Source: Scenedesmus sp. PABB004 (taxonomy: Eukaryota). From it: 64,000 nt of DNA. This document shows positions 48,296 through 58,882 of the stretch, in pieces (position 1 is the first letter of the stretch; each line of letters begins with the position of its first letter). Position numbers and translations under genes: made by a program. The notes beneath the pieces were generated by a model that made no database searches, was not told the DNA's origin, and was given only the letters and a program-made list of their open reading frames with translations. Location: the NCBI GenBank assembly GCA_014905635.1, contig JABVCE010000019.1, positions 310,001 through 374,000 of the forward strand, written 5' to 3'.

Positions 48296-50818
48296 ATGGC
48301 CCGCCTCGCCTTCACGGCCGCGGCAGCGCTGCTGCTGCTCGCCTGCGCCGCCGAGGCCTCACGGATGATGGTCGACGCCGACCTGGCGCCCTCGGGCCGC
48401 GACCTGCTTCAGACGGCTGCCAACTGCTCCGTCATCGCCAACTGCCAAACCTGCCGCAACCAGCGCAACCCCCGGACCAAAATCTCGGAGGTGGTCTGCT
48501 CCACCTGCAAGACCAACTTCCGCCTCAAGCGTGACGGCATCTCCAAGACCTGCGGTGAGCGCGCGCTCGCCTGGGCGCCTCATCATGGGCACAGCACGTG
48601 ACGGCGCCGCGCTGCCGCCTTGTAGCCGGCCCGCGTGACCCCCCCCCCCCCCCCCCCCGCCGCCGCCCAAAGAGGCCGCGCCCGGCTTCTACGGCAGCAG
48701 CGCCACCCCCTGCGATGGCACGAAGTACTGCCCGGGCGGTACCGACACCGCGGTGTCCTGCCCCACCGGCCTGGAGACCACCGTGGCCAACGCCAAGTCC
48801 ATCGCGCAGTGCAACACCCTCGCCGGCTACGGCCGCGTGTCGGTCCGCGCCGCCAACGGCTCCGTCTCCGTGGAGGGCAGGCAGTGCGACCAGGGCTACT
48901 ACAACGTCGGCAAGAACCAGGCCGCCTGCCAGAAGTGCGGCGCTGGCCTGACCACCGCGGGCACGGGCTCGACCAACTCGTCCTCTTGCAGTGCGTGGCG
49001 GCTGCCTGCGCTGCCCGCTGCGCGCTGCATGCGCTGCCAGCGCTGCATGCGCTGCGTGCGCGCCTGCGCAGCCCGTGCTGACGCGTGCCCCCGTGCGCCC
49101 CCGCCGCCGTGCAGTTGCGCCTGCCGGCTCCTTCAAGGACAGGGGCGCCGCCAAGCTCTGCCCCAAGGCCACGTACAGCAACGGCGGCACCGACACCTGC
49201 ACGGGCTGCCCCGAGGGCCTGACCACCAACGCCACCGGCACCATCGGCAGCAGCGCTGCTGTGTGCACGGACGTGCAGAAGGGCTTCTACAAGTCCGGTT
49301 CCACCGCCGTGCAGTGTGCCATCCACACGTACAACGACGTGGAGGGCGCGGTGGACGCGTGCAAGCAGTGCACGTCCCTCGGGGTGACGGGAGCCACCTA
49401 CCTGAAGACGCAGACGACCGGCGCCACCGGCGCGGCCGAGTGTCTGTTCCCCCCGGGGGTGGACAAGCTTGGCCCGTGCCGCGACGGCATGTACAAGGAG
49501 GGCTGGAACCTCGACGACTGCGTCAGCTGCGGCTCTGGCGGCTTTGTCACCTACAACGCCGACGACGGCACCGCCACCGGCTCCGTGTCCAAGGCCGCGT
49601 GCATGGTGCCCGCGGGCATGGGCCTGACCTCCGCCACCGGCGCCGCCTGGACCATCGGCACCTGCCCCGCAAACACCTACGGCGCCGCTGAGGCCCGCCC
49701 CGCCGTCAACAACGTGCGCTGCCAGTCCTGCCCTCCGAACACCTACAGCATCGCCGGCCAGGCGGGCGAGCTGAGTTGCACGGTTGCCGCCGGTTGGGGC
49801 CTGAACAACGGCGGCGTTGAGAAGTGCACGTTTGGCACCTTCAACGCGGGCGGCAACCGGCTCGCGTGCCAGGAGTGCCCTGCCGGCACGACCACTGAGC
49901 AGGATGGTCAGAGCAGCAACACGTCGTGCGTGGCCAAGGCCGGCTGGGCGATTCTGAGCGGGGCCACGGCGCCGACGCCGTGCGACAAGGGCGAGTACAG
50001 TGCTCTTGGTGCGACCATCTGCCAACAGTGCAGCGGCGGCTACACCACCCAGGAGGCCGAGTCCACGTCCGAGGCTGACTGCAACGGTGCGTGTGCCCCC
50101 GACCGCGGCCCGTGCGTGTGCGTGCGCGCTGTGCGCAGCGCGCTGCCGCTGCCGTAGCCGCCTCACCCTGCCGCCGCTTCGTGTCACGTCCGCAGTGTGC
50201 AAGCCGGGCTACGGCGGCGACAGCTGCGCCCAGTGCCCGGTGAACAGCTTTTCCGCCGGCGGCCAGGCCAACGGCACCGCCTGCACTGGCTGCGCGACTG
50301 GCACCGTCTCGCGCCGGCGCGCCACGGAGAACACCATGTGCCTCGACGAGCTGCAGTCGTTCAGCGCGGACGTGCTCAGCCTTGGCGGCACCGGTGCTGC
50401 GTGGGTTGATCAGGGCGCCATCAATGAGGCTACCTGCCAGGCTAACTGCAAGAACAGTGACACCTGCATCATGTACCGCTTCACCGACGCCGCCACTGAC
50501 ACCTGCGAGTTCCTGGTGGAGGACGCCGGCAACACGCTGGCCAAGCTGGGCCTCAAGGTCGGCAGCGGCGCCGACTACGTGATCCGCGCCTTCCCCGACA
50601 CCGCCACCGCGGGCGTGATGATTGGCAGTGCGGCTGCGGTCGCTGACCAGGACACCTGCCAGACCAACTGCAACGCCGACCCCACGTGCGAGGCCTTCAA
50701 GTACGTTGATTCCAGCAAGCTCTGCACGCTCTCCAAGTCGGAGAACGTGATGGGCGCGACCAGCATGTTCCACGTGGTCGGCAGCAAGCTCGCCAGCGAC
50801 ATTGCGCTTGGCGCCTAA
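48296..50818 (+). CDS. Secreted Cys-rich/PAN protein, tandem copy 3 (intact)
   Basis: Same exon structure and translation as copy 1; C6 run intact at ~49449. Confidence 0.88.
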
Positions 50819-51443
50819 GCCAAGCGGCTGGTACCTAATCATGCTTTTACTCTAGCTACCCTATGTGCTCTCCACGCGCGCCTGTCAGCGCGCGCCTGTC
50901 AGCACACCTGCCTTTCAGAGCGCCTTCCTCAATTCACTCTCTGCCTTTCTGATTCAGAGCGTTCTTCATCCCATTCCACGACGCATCCCCTTGTCTCACA
51001 GCAGACCTTTCTTGTCGCACGGCTCGCTTGCTTGCCCGACGCACCTCGCGCGTGCGGCGCTGCGGCCTGCTGCCATGCAGCCAGCCCCGCCGGCCTGCGC
51101 GCCGCCCCGCGGCGGCGCCGCAGCGCGGCGCGCGCCCTGCTCCACCAGTAGGCTGGTAGTGTCTTGCGTGCACAGAGTGTGGGGCGGTGCTTGTGGGGGG
51201 GACGACTCAATGCGCACGCCTCCTCTGCCTAGGTTTCACTCTGAATGTTGGTAGCGCCTCACCCCATCCACCGTGTGCCGCCCTGCATGGCTGCAGGCGG
51301 CCGCTGTATTTGTGCCCGGGCGCTTGGCACGGCCCCCCAAACGTCACAGCGGCAGATGGTCTGAATACTCAACAGCGCTGGCGCGGGGCCGGAAAACACG
51401 CCGGCGGGGTGCAGGAACCCCATTTGTTCCCTTCCTTTGTTAC

Positions 51444-53712
51444 TCAACCCACAAAAGGTAACACCATTCCTTTCTCGACTTTTCCGGTCACGGCTCTGCC
51501 GCGCACGCGCAGTGGAGCCGTGCGCCGCCGCCGCGCCACAGCACCCGCCGCCACAGTTGCTGCCTGCCTCCCAGCGGCGTGCAAAGCCGGCCCCACGCCC
51601 GCGCAGCCGCGCACCGACAGCGCCTCCAGCCGGGGCAGGGCGGCCGCAAGCGCCAGCAGCACCGCCTCGCCGCCGCCTCCATCCAAGCAGCAGCCCACCA
51701 GCTCCAGCTCACGCAGCTGCGCCAGCGACGCCACGCCCTGGCCGAGCGCCGCGGCATCGACGCCCGCGCAGCGCTCCAGCCACAGGCGCGTGAGCCCTGG
51801 CGCCGCTGCCGCAGACTCGGGCACCGTCGCTCCCCGCGAGTCGCAGCCAGCCAGGCCACGCAGCAGCGCGAGCAGCTGCTGCGGCGGCAGTCGAGCGTCC
51901 GCCAGGCTGAGCCGGCGCAGGCGCGGCCGCAGCGCACCGCCGAGGCGCTCGCAGGCGGCGGCTGCCATGCTGCTGCAGCCCGCAAGCCGCAACGCGGTCA
52001 GCTGCCCCGCCGCGGCGCCGGCGAGCACGTCCGCGACGGCGCTGCCGTTGGGCCCCAGGCCCTCCAACTCGAGACGCTCCAGGCCGCGCGCGCCCGCCAG
52101 CAGGCGCGCCAGGTTGGCCACGCTGCAGCTATTGGTCACGCCCACGTGCGCCAGCGGCGGCCAGGCGCCGGGGGCCGGCGGCGGCACCGCAGCACGGCCT
52201 GCGTCCGCTGGCAGCGCCCACAGCAGCTCGAGCAGCCCGGTGTCGAGCGCAGCCGCCCTGGGCTCGGTCTCGCCCGACTGAGCCGCCCCCGCGAGGCTGA
52301 GCTCCGCGTGCAGCTGCGTGAGCTGGCGGCAGGCAGCACCGAGGCACTCCAGCTCCGCCGGCCCGAGCTGCAGCCCCGTGTGCGCCAGCTGCAGCTCCCG
52401 CAGCTGCGTCAGGCGCGCCAGGTGCGGCACGCACGCGGGCGTGAGGTGCCTGTCAGCAGGCGGCGGCGTCGGCAGTGTGGCGGTCACGACAGGTGGCGCG
52501 TCCCGCACACGGGTGGGCGGGTCGGGGGCAGCCCAGCGGCGGCAGCCGCGGCCCCCGACCTGCTGCAGTGCAGGTCCAGCCGCGTCAGCGCGGCGAGCTG
52601 CGCCACGCCCGCCAGGTCGGCGTCGCAGACGTCCGCAAACACCAGCTCCAGCTCGCGCAGCGGGCAGCCCGACAGCAGCGCCAGCGCCGCGCCCCACCCG
52701 CGGGCGGGGCTGATCGCCGCCAGGCGCAGCGCCGCGAGCCGGCGCAGCGCCGCGAGCGGGGCCAGCGCGCCCGCGAGCGGTGGCGTCACGGTGAGCGCGA
52801 CGGACGTGAGGCCGGCCAGGCAGCCGAGCGGCGCGGTCGCGAGCGCGGTCGTCGCCGTGAGGCGCAGCGCGCGCAGGCCCGCCAGGCGGCCGACGACGTC
52901 GAGCAGCGAGTCGGGCAGCCGCCCCGCCGCGAGCTCCAGCTGCGTGAGCTGCTGCTGCTGCTGCTGCTGCTGCGTCGCGGCGGCCCCCGGCTGCGGCGAG
53001 CCAGGGGCAGGCGGTGCGCACGCGTCGCCGCCTGCCAGCGCCGCGAGCGCCCGCGTGAGGTCCAGGCCCGGCTGCCGCCGGTCGGCGGGGCCGGCGTAGC
53101 ACAGGCTGCCGAGGTGGGGCAGCTGTGCCGCGCGGGCGGGCAGCGGTGGGAGGTGAGAGAATGGCCGAGGCGGGCGCAGCAGGGGAGTGCACCGTGGCGG
53201 CATCGGGGCAGCGCGCTCGCACCTGCGTCAGCAGCTGAACGTGCTGCCGCTCCAGCGCGCCACCGTCGGCCGCCGCGCCAGCGGTGCTGACGACGCTGAG
53301 GTGCTGCAGGTGCGGGAAGCTGCGCAGCACCTGCGCGTCGGCGGCAGTAAGGCGGCGCGGCGCTCACGGCAGGCGGCTGGCCACGGCCGGCAGCGCGCGC
53401 CGGGCGGGTGAGCCGCGCTTGCCTGGGCCGCGGCCGCCGACGAGGGGCAGGCGGCGTCGAGCACGCAGCGCTGCGTGGCGGCGTTGGCGAGCTCGCGGCA
53501 GCGCCTGCGGCGGCCGTCGGCACGTGGGCTGCGGCGGCGGCGCGGGCGGCATGGGCGGCGTGGCCTGCAGCCCACGCGCACCGGCTCGCCGAGCGCAGCG
53601 CGCGGCGGTCGTCGGGCGAGAGGCAGCCGGCCACGACGCGCCGGGCGAGCAGGTCCGTCGGCAGCGCCAGCAGCGGCGCCCAGCCGTCGGCGGGGGCGGC
53701 GGCGGCGGCCAT
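51444..53712 (-). CDS. F-box-like/LRR (RNI-like) protein, multi-exon
   Basis: MAAAAAPADGWAPLLALPTDLLARRVVAGCLSPDDRRALRSASR (F-box-like), followed by LRRs (FPHLQHLSV, LTQLRELQL, CRQLTQLH, LTALRLAGC, LTRLWLERC, LPRLEALSVRGC). Exact stop uncertain. Confidence 0.78.
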
Positions 53713-54130
53713 CGCGCGGCCCGCCGGCAGCGGCGGGCGTTCGCGGCCACGCACGCGCGGGCTGCAGGGCGCGTGCGGCGCGTGTGTCGGTCGGGCGGCG
53801 CGCTCAGCGAAGCGCGTGTGTGCACATAGGGCTGACGGCCGGCGGGCGTGGGGCTGGCGGGCTGTGCACGCGAGCGCTCGCGGCGGGCGGCGGCGGCGCG
53901 CAACGTGCGGCGGCGGTTGCGGCTGGCGCGTCGAATGCGGTGCAGGCCTGGCTGCCGCGTGAGATTGCCCCCAGGGGCCGCGCGGGCTCAGGCACGCCGC
54001 TGGACCGCGCTGCTGTCGCGCCACCTCTGCTCGCGCCTGGCCGCGCCCCCTGACCCCGCCGCGCCGTCCGCGCCGGAGCAGGACGTCGCATACTCTCTCC
54101 ACGCGCACGCGCAGGCCGTGCGGTCGCGCC

Positions 54131-54888
54131 ATGGACTACTCGGCGCACGCGGCGGGCGGCAAGCCCGACGAGTCGCGGGTCATGGAAGAGGTGCGGGGGT
54201 TTGTGACTCCCGGACGGGCGCGCGGCCAGAGGGCCAGTGGCGGGGGCGGCAGCAGCAGATCCCCGCCGAGCGCCGCCGCCGCCGCCGCCGCCCGCCGCGG
54301 GCCCGGGCCGCAGGTCCAGGCCACGCTGCGCATGCAGTACATCCAGGAGTTTTACCAGGCGCGCCGGGCGGTGGCGCTGCGGCGGGGTCTGGCGGGCGCG
54401 GCGAGGGCAGCGGCGGCGGAGACGGCGGCAGCGACGGCAGTGGCGGCGGCGGCGGCTGCGGCAGCGGCCGCAGCTTGGGCTGCCCCCCTTGCCTCGCGCG
54501 CCGCCGCCGCTCACTGCCGTCTGCGCCTCCCGCGCGCCTCCCCGTGCCGCGGCGCAGACGGTGCGGGACCACTGCTTCAAGCTCTGCGTCACCAGCCCCG
54601 GCAGCAGCCTCAGCGGCGGCGAGCAGAAGTGCCTCGGGCGCTGCATGGACCGGTACCAGGACGTGAGCCGCTGCTGCTGCTGCGGTGCCGCCGGGAGGGG
54701 GCTGGCGCGGCGTGCTGCGCGGCCAGGCGGCGACCGCGCGGGTGCCGGGGGCAGCGCCACACGTTGACGCGGGCGGCGGGCGCAGAGGCGGCGCCGCGCG
54801 CTGACAGCACACACGCGCCGCCCCCTCGCGCGCGCAGGCAACCGGCGTGGTCACCAAGGCGGTGCTGGGCATGCAGGGGATGCAATGA
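54131..54888 (+). CDS. TIM13: Mitochondrial intermembrane-space small Tim chaperone (Tim13-like), 4 exons
   Basis: Spliced: ...YIQEFYQ|TVRDHCFKLCVTSPGSSLSGGEQKCLGRCMDRYQD|ATGVVTKAVL...; twin CX3C motif with the Tim13-type PGSSLS..E..CL..CMDRY. Confidence 0.9.
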
Positions 54889-55433
54889 GAGATGGGCCAA
54901 GGGCTTCGCCGCTGGCGCGGAGGGCGCGGGCGCGGGCGCGGGCGGGCGGCACTGCACACTGGTGGGCCCACCGCGGCTGCAGCGGCAGCCGCGACGGCAC
55001 GGGCGCGGAGCGGCGGCGGCGGGCGGCGCATTTCTTGCCAGGCGGCGGCGGCGCGCGCGCGGGGCCCCTGCAGCTGGCAGGGGCGCGCGGCGGCTGCGCG
55101 GGCGACGGCGGCGGGGCGCGATGAACCCTGCCTGCTCAAGTGCAGCAAGCGTTGCCAGCACTCGCACAGAGCACGCCGCCACGGTCAGTCTGGCGCAGAG
55201 GAGGCCGCTGGCGCCGCCGCAGCAGCAGCCGCGCAGCACGCCCCGGCCCCAACCGCCGCGTGGGACCGCGCGCGCCGCACGTACGCAACACTACCGCATC
55301 TACGCATTGCTTGCGCATCTACGCATTGCTTGCGCAGCGCCGGGCCGGCGGCGGGCGGCGGGGGGCGGCGCCGGCCGCCAGCAGCGGCATCCTGCAGCCG
55401 TGCGGCGCTGCCGCCGCGCCACGCATCCCGCAA

Positions 55434-56606
55434 ATGGAGGCCAAGATCGCACACGCCCTGGCGCACCGCGTGGACCGCATCCTGCTCGTCATGGAGGGCT
55501 GCACGGGTGGGCGACGCGGGCTGGCGGCGCAGCGGCGCAGCGACCGGCAGCGCTCCGCCCGCCCACGGCCCACACGCCCAACCGCCGCAGACAATCGCAA
55601 CTTCCTCGCCTGCCTGCGCACCGCCGACGTGCTGGGCGTGCAAAACGTCTGGTGCGTCGAGGCGCCGCCGCCGGGCGGGTGCGAGCCCGGCGGGACGGCA
55701 GCAGACGACGGCGCGGCGGCTGGCGCAGGCGCAGTCAATTCGGGCGACGCTGGTGCTGCAGGCGCAGCAGTGCACCCGTCGCGGCAGGTACGGCAGGCAC
55801 GCGCGCGGCCCCGCCGGCCCCGCCCGCGCCGCGCGCTGAGGGGCGCGCCGCCGCCGCCGCCCTGCGGCACGCAGGGCCGCAAGAAGAAGTCCCGCATCGC
55901 CCGCGCCTCGCACCAGTGGCTCGACGTGCGGTTGTTTGCACGCACGGCCGACGCTGTGGCCGCGCTGCGCGCCGGCGGCTGGGCCGTGTGGGCGACCGAC
56001 CTCGGCCCCGGCGCGACGCCGCTGGACGACCCGGGGCTGCAGGTGCGTGTGCCGCGCTGGCGCTGCATGCGCCGGCGCGGCGCCGCCTGCTTGACCCGGC
56101 CCCGCTCGCCACGCGCGCAGCTGCCGCCGCGCGTCGCGCTCGTGGTGGGGACCGAGGCGAGCGGCATCAGCGCCGAGATGCGCGCCGCCGCCGACAGGCG
56201 CGCAGCGCCCGCTGCGCGCTCGCCTGGGTCCACCCCGCTCCAGCTTCCAATCCCACCCCGCCCTCCGCCTCTGGCAGGCGGGTGTTCCTGCCGATGCACG
56301 GCTTCACCGAGAGCCTCAACGTCGCCGTCGCGGCGGCGCTCGCGCTGCAGGCGCGCGCGCCATGCCGCGGCCTGTGGCGACCGCGGCGCCGCACCCCAAA
56401 GCCTCTCAACCCCTTTGCCCCCCGCCCCCCCCAAACCGCGCCAGCAGGCGCTCATCGCGGCCCACCCGGGCGTGCGCGGCAGCTACGACGACCCGGGGCG
56501 CGCCGCGGCGCTCGAGGCCAAGTGGCGCGCGACCGCGGCGCGGCCAGCGCAGCAGCGCGCGGGAGTGGCGCAGCGGCCAGCCGGCTGTGGTGGGTGTGGC
56601 GGATGA
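55434..56606 (+). CDS. SpoU/TrmH-family tRNA/rRNA 2'-O-methyltransferase, multi-exon
   Basis: ILLVMEGCT|DNRNFLACLRTADVLGV (motif 1), ALVVGTEASGIS (motif 2), VFLPMHGFTESLNVAVAAA (motif 3). Confidence 0.9.
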   Translation: MEAKIAHALAHRVDRILLVMEGCTGGRRGLAAQRRSDRQRSARPRPTRPTAADNRNFLACLRTADVLGVQNVWCVEAPPPGGCEPGGTAADDGAAAGAGAVNSGDAGAAGAAVHPSRQVRQARARPRRPRPRRALRGAPPPPPCGTQGRKKKSRIARASHQWLDVRLFARTADAVAALRAGGWAVWATDLGPGATPLDDPGLQVRVPRWRCMRRRGAACLTRPRSPRAQLPPRVALVVGTEASGISAEMRAAADRRAAPAARSPGSTPLQLPIPPRPPPLAGGCSCRCTASPRASTSPSRRRSRCRRARHAAACGDRGAAPQSLSTPLPPAPPKPRQQALIAAHPGVRGSYDDPGRAAALEAKWRATAARPAQQRAGVAQRPAGCGGCGG

Positions 56607-56878
56607 GCTGCGCCGGTCAACCTGCGCAACGGCATGCTGGCGTGCGCCCGCAAAGCCCCGCCGCCGCGCCGCCGCAGCCGCTGCGCGCGGCCGCCCATGC
56701 CGGCGCGCGCAGCCGCCGGGCGAGCCGCAGACACCCCGCAGCGTCGCCAGCCGCAGCCTCGCCTCGCAACCAGGCAGCGCCCTGCTTGAGCGCACAGCGC
56801 CTCTCGCGGTCGATCCTGCTGCGCCCCCTCGCTCTCGATCGATCCCTGCGGCCTCGCCGCGCCGCTCGCGACACCGCC

Positions 56879-58537
56879 ATGGAGGGCCACGGCGGCGGCG
56901 GTGGCGAGGGCAAGCTGCAGCAGTTCCTGCTGCTCGGCAAGGCCGCAAAGGGGCGCGCGATGTGCGAGCTCATCACGCGCGCCACGGCGGAGCCGGGGCT
57001 CTTCACCTTTGGCGAGCTGCTGGACCTCCCCGGCGTGCAGGAGGTGCGGGCGTAGGCGCTGCGGTCGGCGCGCCTGCGCGTCGGCGCGTGCCGCCACGCC
57101 GCCCGCCGCTGCTCCGCCGCGCGCGCCGGCAGCTGTCGGGCAGCGAGTTCGCGGCGTTCCGCTCGCTGCTGGAGCTCTTCTGCTACGGCACGTGGGAGGA
57201 GTACCAGCGTGAGCAGGCCGCGCGTGGCGGCCGCGCGGGGCGGCCGCGAGCGCCGCGCGCAGCTCATCGGAGCCGCCGCCGCCGCTGCCGCCGCGCCGCG
57301 CGCCACGCCGCCGCGCGCTCCCCCCGCGCAGAGCACCGCGCGAGCCTGCCGCCGCTGACGCCGGCGCACGAGCTCAAGCTCAAGCAGCTGACCGTCGCGT
57401 CGCTCGGCGCGCGCCAGAAGGCGCGCCTGCGCTGCCGTAGCTGCCGCCGCTGATTCCCCGCGCCCGCCGCGCCTGCGCCTCCGCGCCTCCGCCCAATCTC
57501 TGCGCCCAGCCGCTGCGCCCGCGCCCGCCCGCGCGCCGCAGGTGCTGCCGTACGCGGTGCTGCAGGCGGGGCTGTCCATCGGCACGGTGCGGGACCTCGA
57601 GGACTTTATCATCACAGACTGCTTCTACGCGGGTGCGCGCGGGTGCAGTGGGGGCGTTGTTCTAACTGTTACTTTCTTTTAACTTTGGTTTTATTTGAGC
57701 ACAACATGAACGGCAGAGGGACCAGTGGCGCCCACATGACGCCGCGCCGCCGCCCGCGCCTGCGCCGCGCGCCGCGCCGTCGCCAGGCCTGGTCGCGGGC
57801 AAGCTGGACCAGCGCCAGTCGTGCCTGCAGGTCCACGACGTCGCGAGCCGCGACGTGCGGCCGGGCGACACGCGCGCGCTGGCCGACGCCGTCGGCAACT
57901 GGTGCGCCGCGCGGCGCGGCACGGCGCAGCCCGCCATGCACGCGCGCCACGCAGCCGGCGCCGACGCCCGGGCTGCCCCGCGCCGCCGCTGCGCAGGCTC
58001 GCGCAGGCGCAGGTCGTGCTGGCGAGCCTCGAGGGCGAGGCCGCCGCCGCGAGCTTGGCCGCCGCGGAGGCGGCCGCCCGGCGGCGCGAGCTGGAGTCGA
58101 AGCAGGAGGACCTGAAGCGCAGCCTCAAGGTGCGCGAAGGGGGCGCCGCCCACGCGGCGCCTCGTCGCCCGCCGCTGCTCCTGCCGGCGCCACCTCTGCC
58201 GGCGCCCGCGCCGCATCACACACTGATCGCACACAACTGCTGCGCCCCCGGCGCGGGGCCGCGCGCGCGCCGCAGGTCGAGCTGGAGCGCAGCAGCGACG
58301 GCGGGCTGCTGCTGGACGAGGCCGGCTGCTACGACGGGCTGGACGAGGAGCGCGTGAGCCTCGGCGCGCCGCCCAGCGGCGGCGGCGGCGGGCCGGGGCC
58401 GATGGGCCGCCCCAAGAGGTGAGGCGGCGCGGCGCGCGCGGCGGGGGCGCGCGGTCGGCGCCGGGCGCGCGGCGGCGAGACGCCGACGCGCGCCGCCCTC
58501 GCCCGCCCCCGTGCGCCGCCACAGCAGGCGCAGGTGA
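56879..58537 (+). CDS. CSN7: COP9 signalosome subunit 7 (PCI domain), multi-exon
   Basis: LQQFLLLGKAAKGRA, ATAEPGLFTFGELL, LLELFCYGTWEEY, KLKQLTVASL, VRDLEDFIITDCFYA|GLVAGKLDQRQSCLQV, RDVRPGD. Ends at 58537 if the last intron is spliced, or at 58422 if it is not. Confidence 0.93.
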
Positions 58538-58882
58538 GCGCCGCTGGCAAGGTGCTCGGCGCGGGCGAGCTGCGCAGTGAGCGGGCGCTGGGCTGTGCGA
58601 GTTGCTCGGCGGCGGCGGGGCGCGAGTTGCCGGCAGAGTTGCGGCGGCGGTGACCTGCTGCCAAGCCCCTCGGTTGCGTTCCAGGTCGGCGCCGCAGCGC
58701 AAGCGATCCAGGCGCCGCGCGGCAGCTGCGCTTTCTTGCCCCCCGTGCGACAGACAGTCAGTGCTCTCCCGCCGCCAAACCCACATCTGGGCAAATCCTG
58801 CGCCGCTGCATCCGCGCGACCTCCGCCGCACGCCGCCGGCACCCCGCCCGCGCGCGCGCGCGCGCGCGCGCGCGCGGCCGCG

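Larger units (their letters stand above)
36166..51660 (+). repeat. Tandem segmental array, ~5.79-kb unit (starts 36166, 41959, 47755; third unit partial)
   Basis: Near-identical sequence restarting at ctggctcagagtgaggtgcactttgagggcgcccc with periods of 5793 and 5796 nt; the ORF sets recur identically. Confidence 0.98.

Noticed and set aside
36166..51660. Tandem array or ~90-bp inverted repeats as a transposon or CRISPR-like locus
   Set aside because: No transposase, target-site duplication or repeat-spacer structure. The inverted repeats are pieces of the LRR coding sequence.
23722..56606. Bacterial-type RNA methyltransferases (RsmG, TrmH) as recent horizontal transfer
   Set aside because: Both have multiple host-style introns and host codon usage; RsmG has a targeting-like extension, consistent with ordinary nuclear genes.
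2776..57055. Very long ORFs rich in Arg/Ala/Pro/Gly (e.g. 2776-4965, 4371-7310, 26171-28345, 54131-57055)
   Set aside because: These are stop-poor shadow frames of very high-GC DNA that cross introns; the real proteins emerge only after splicing.
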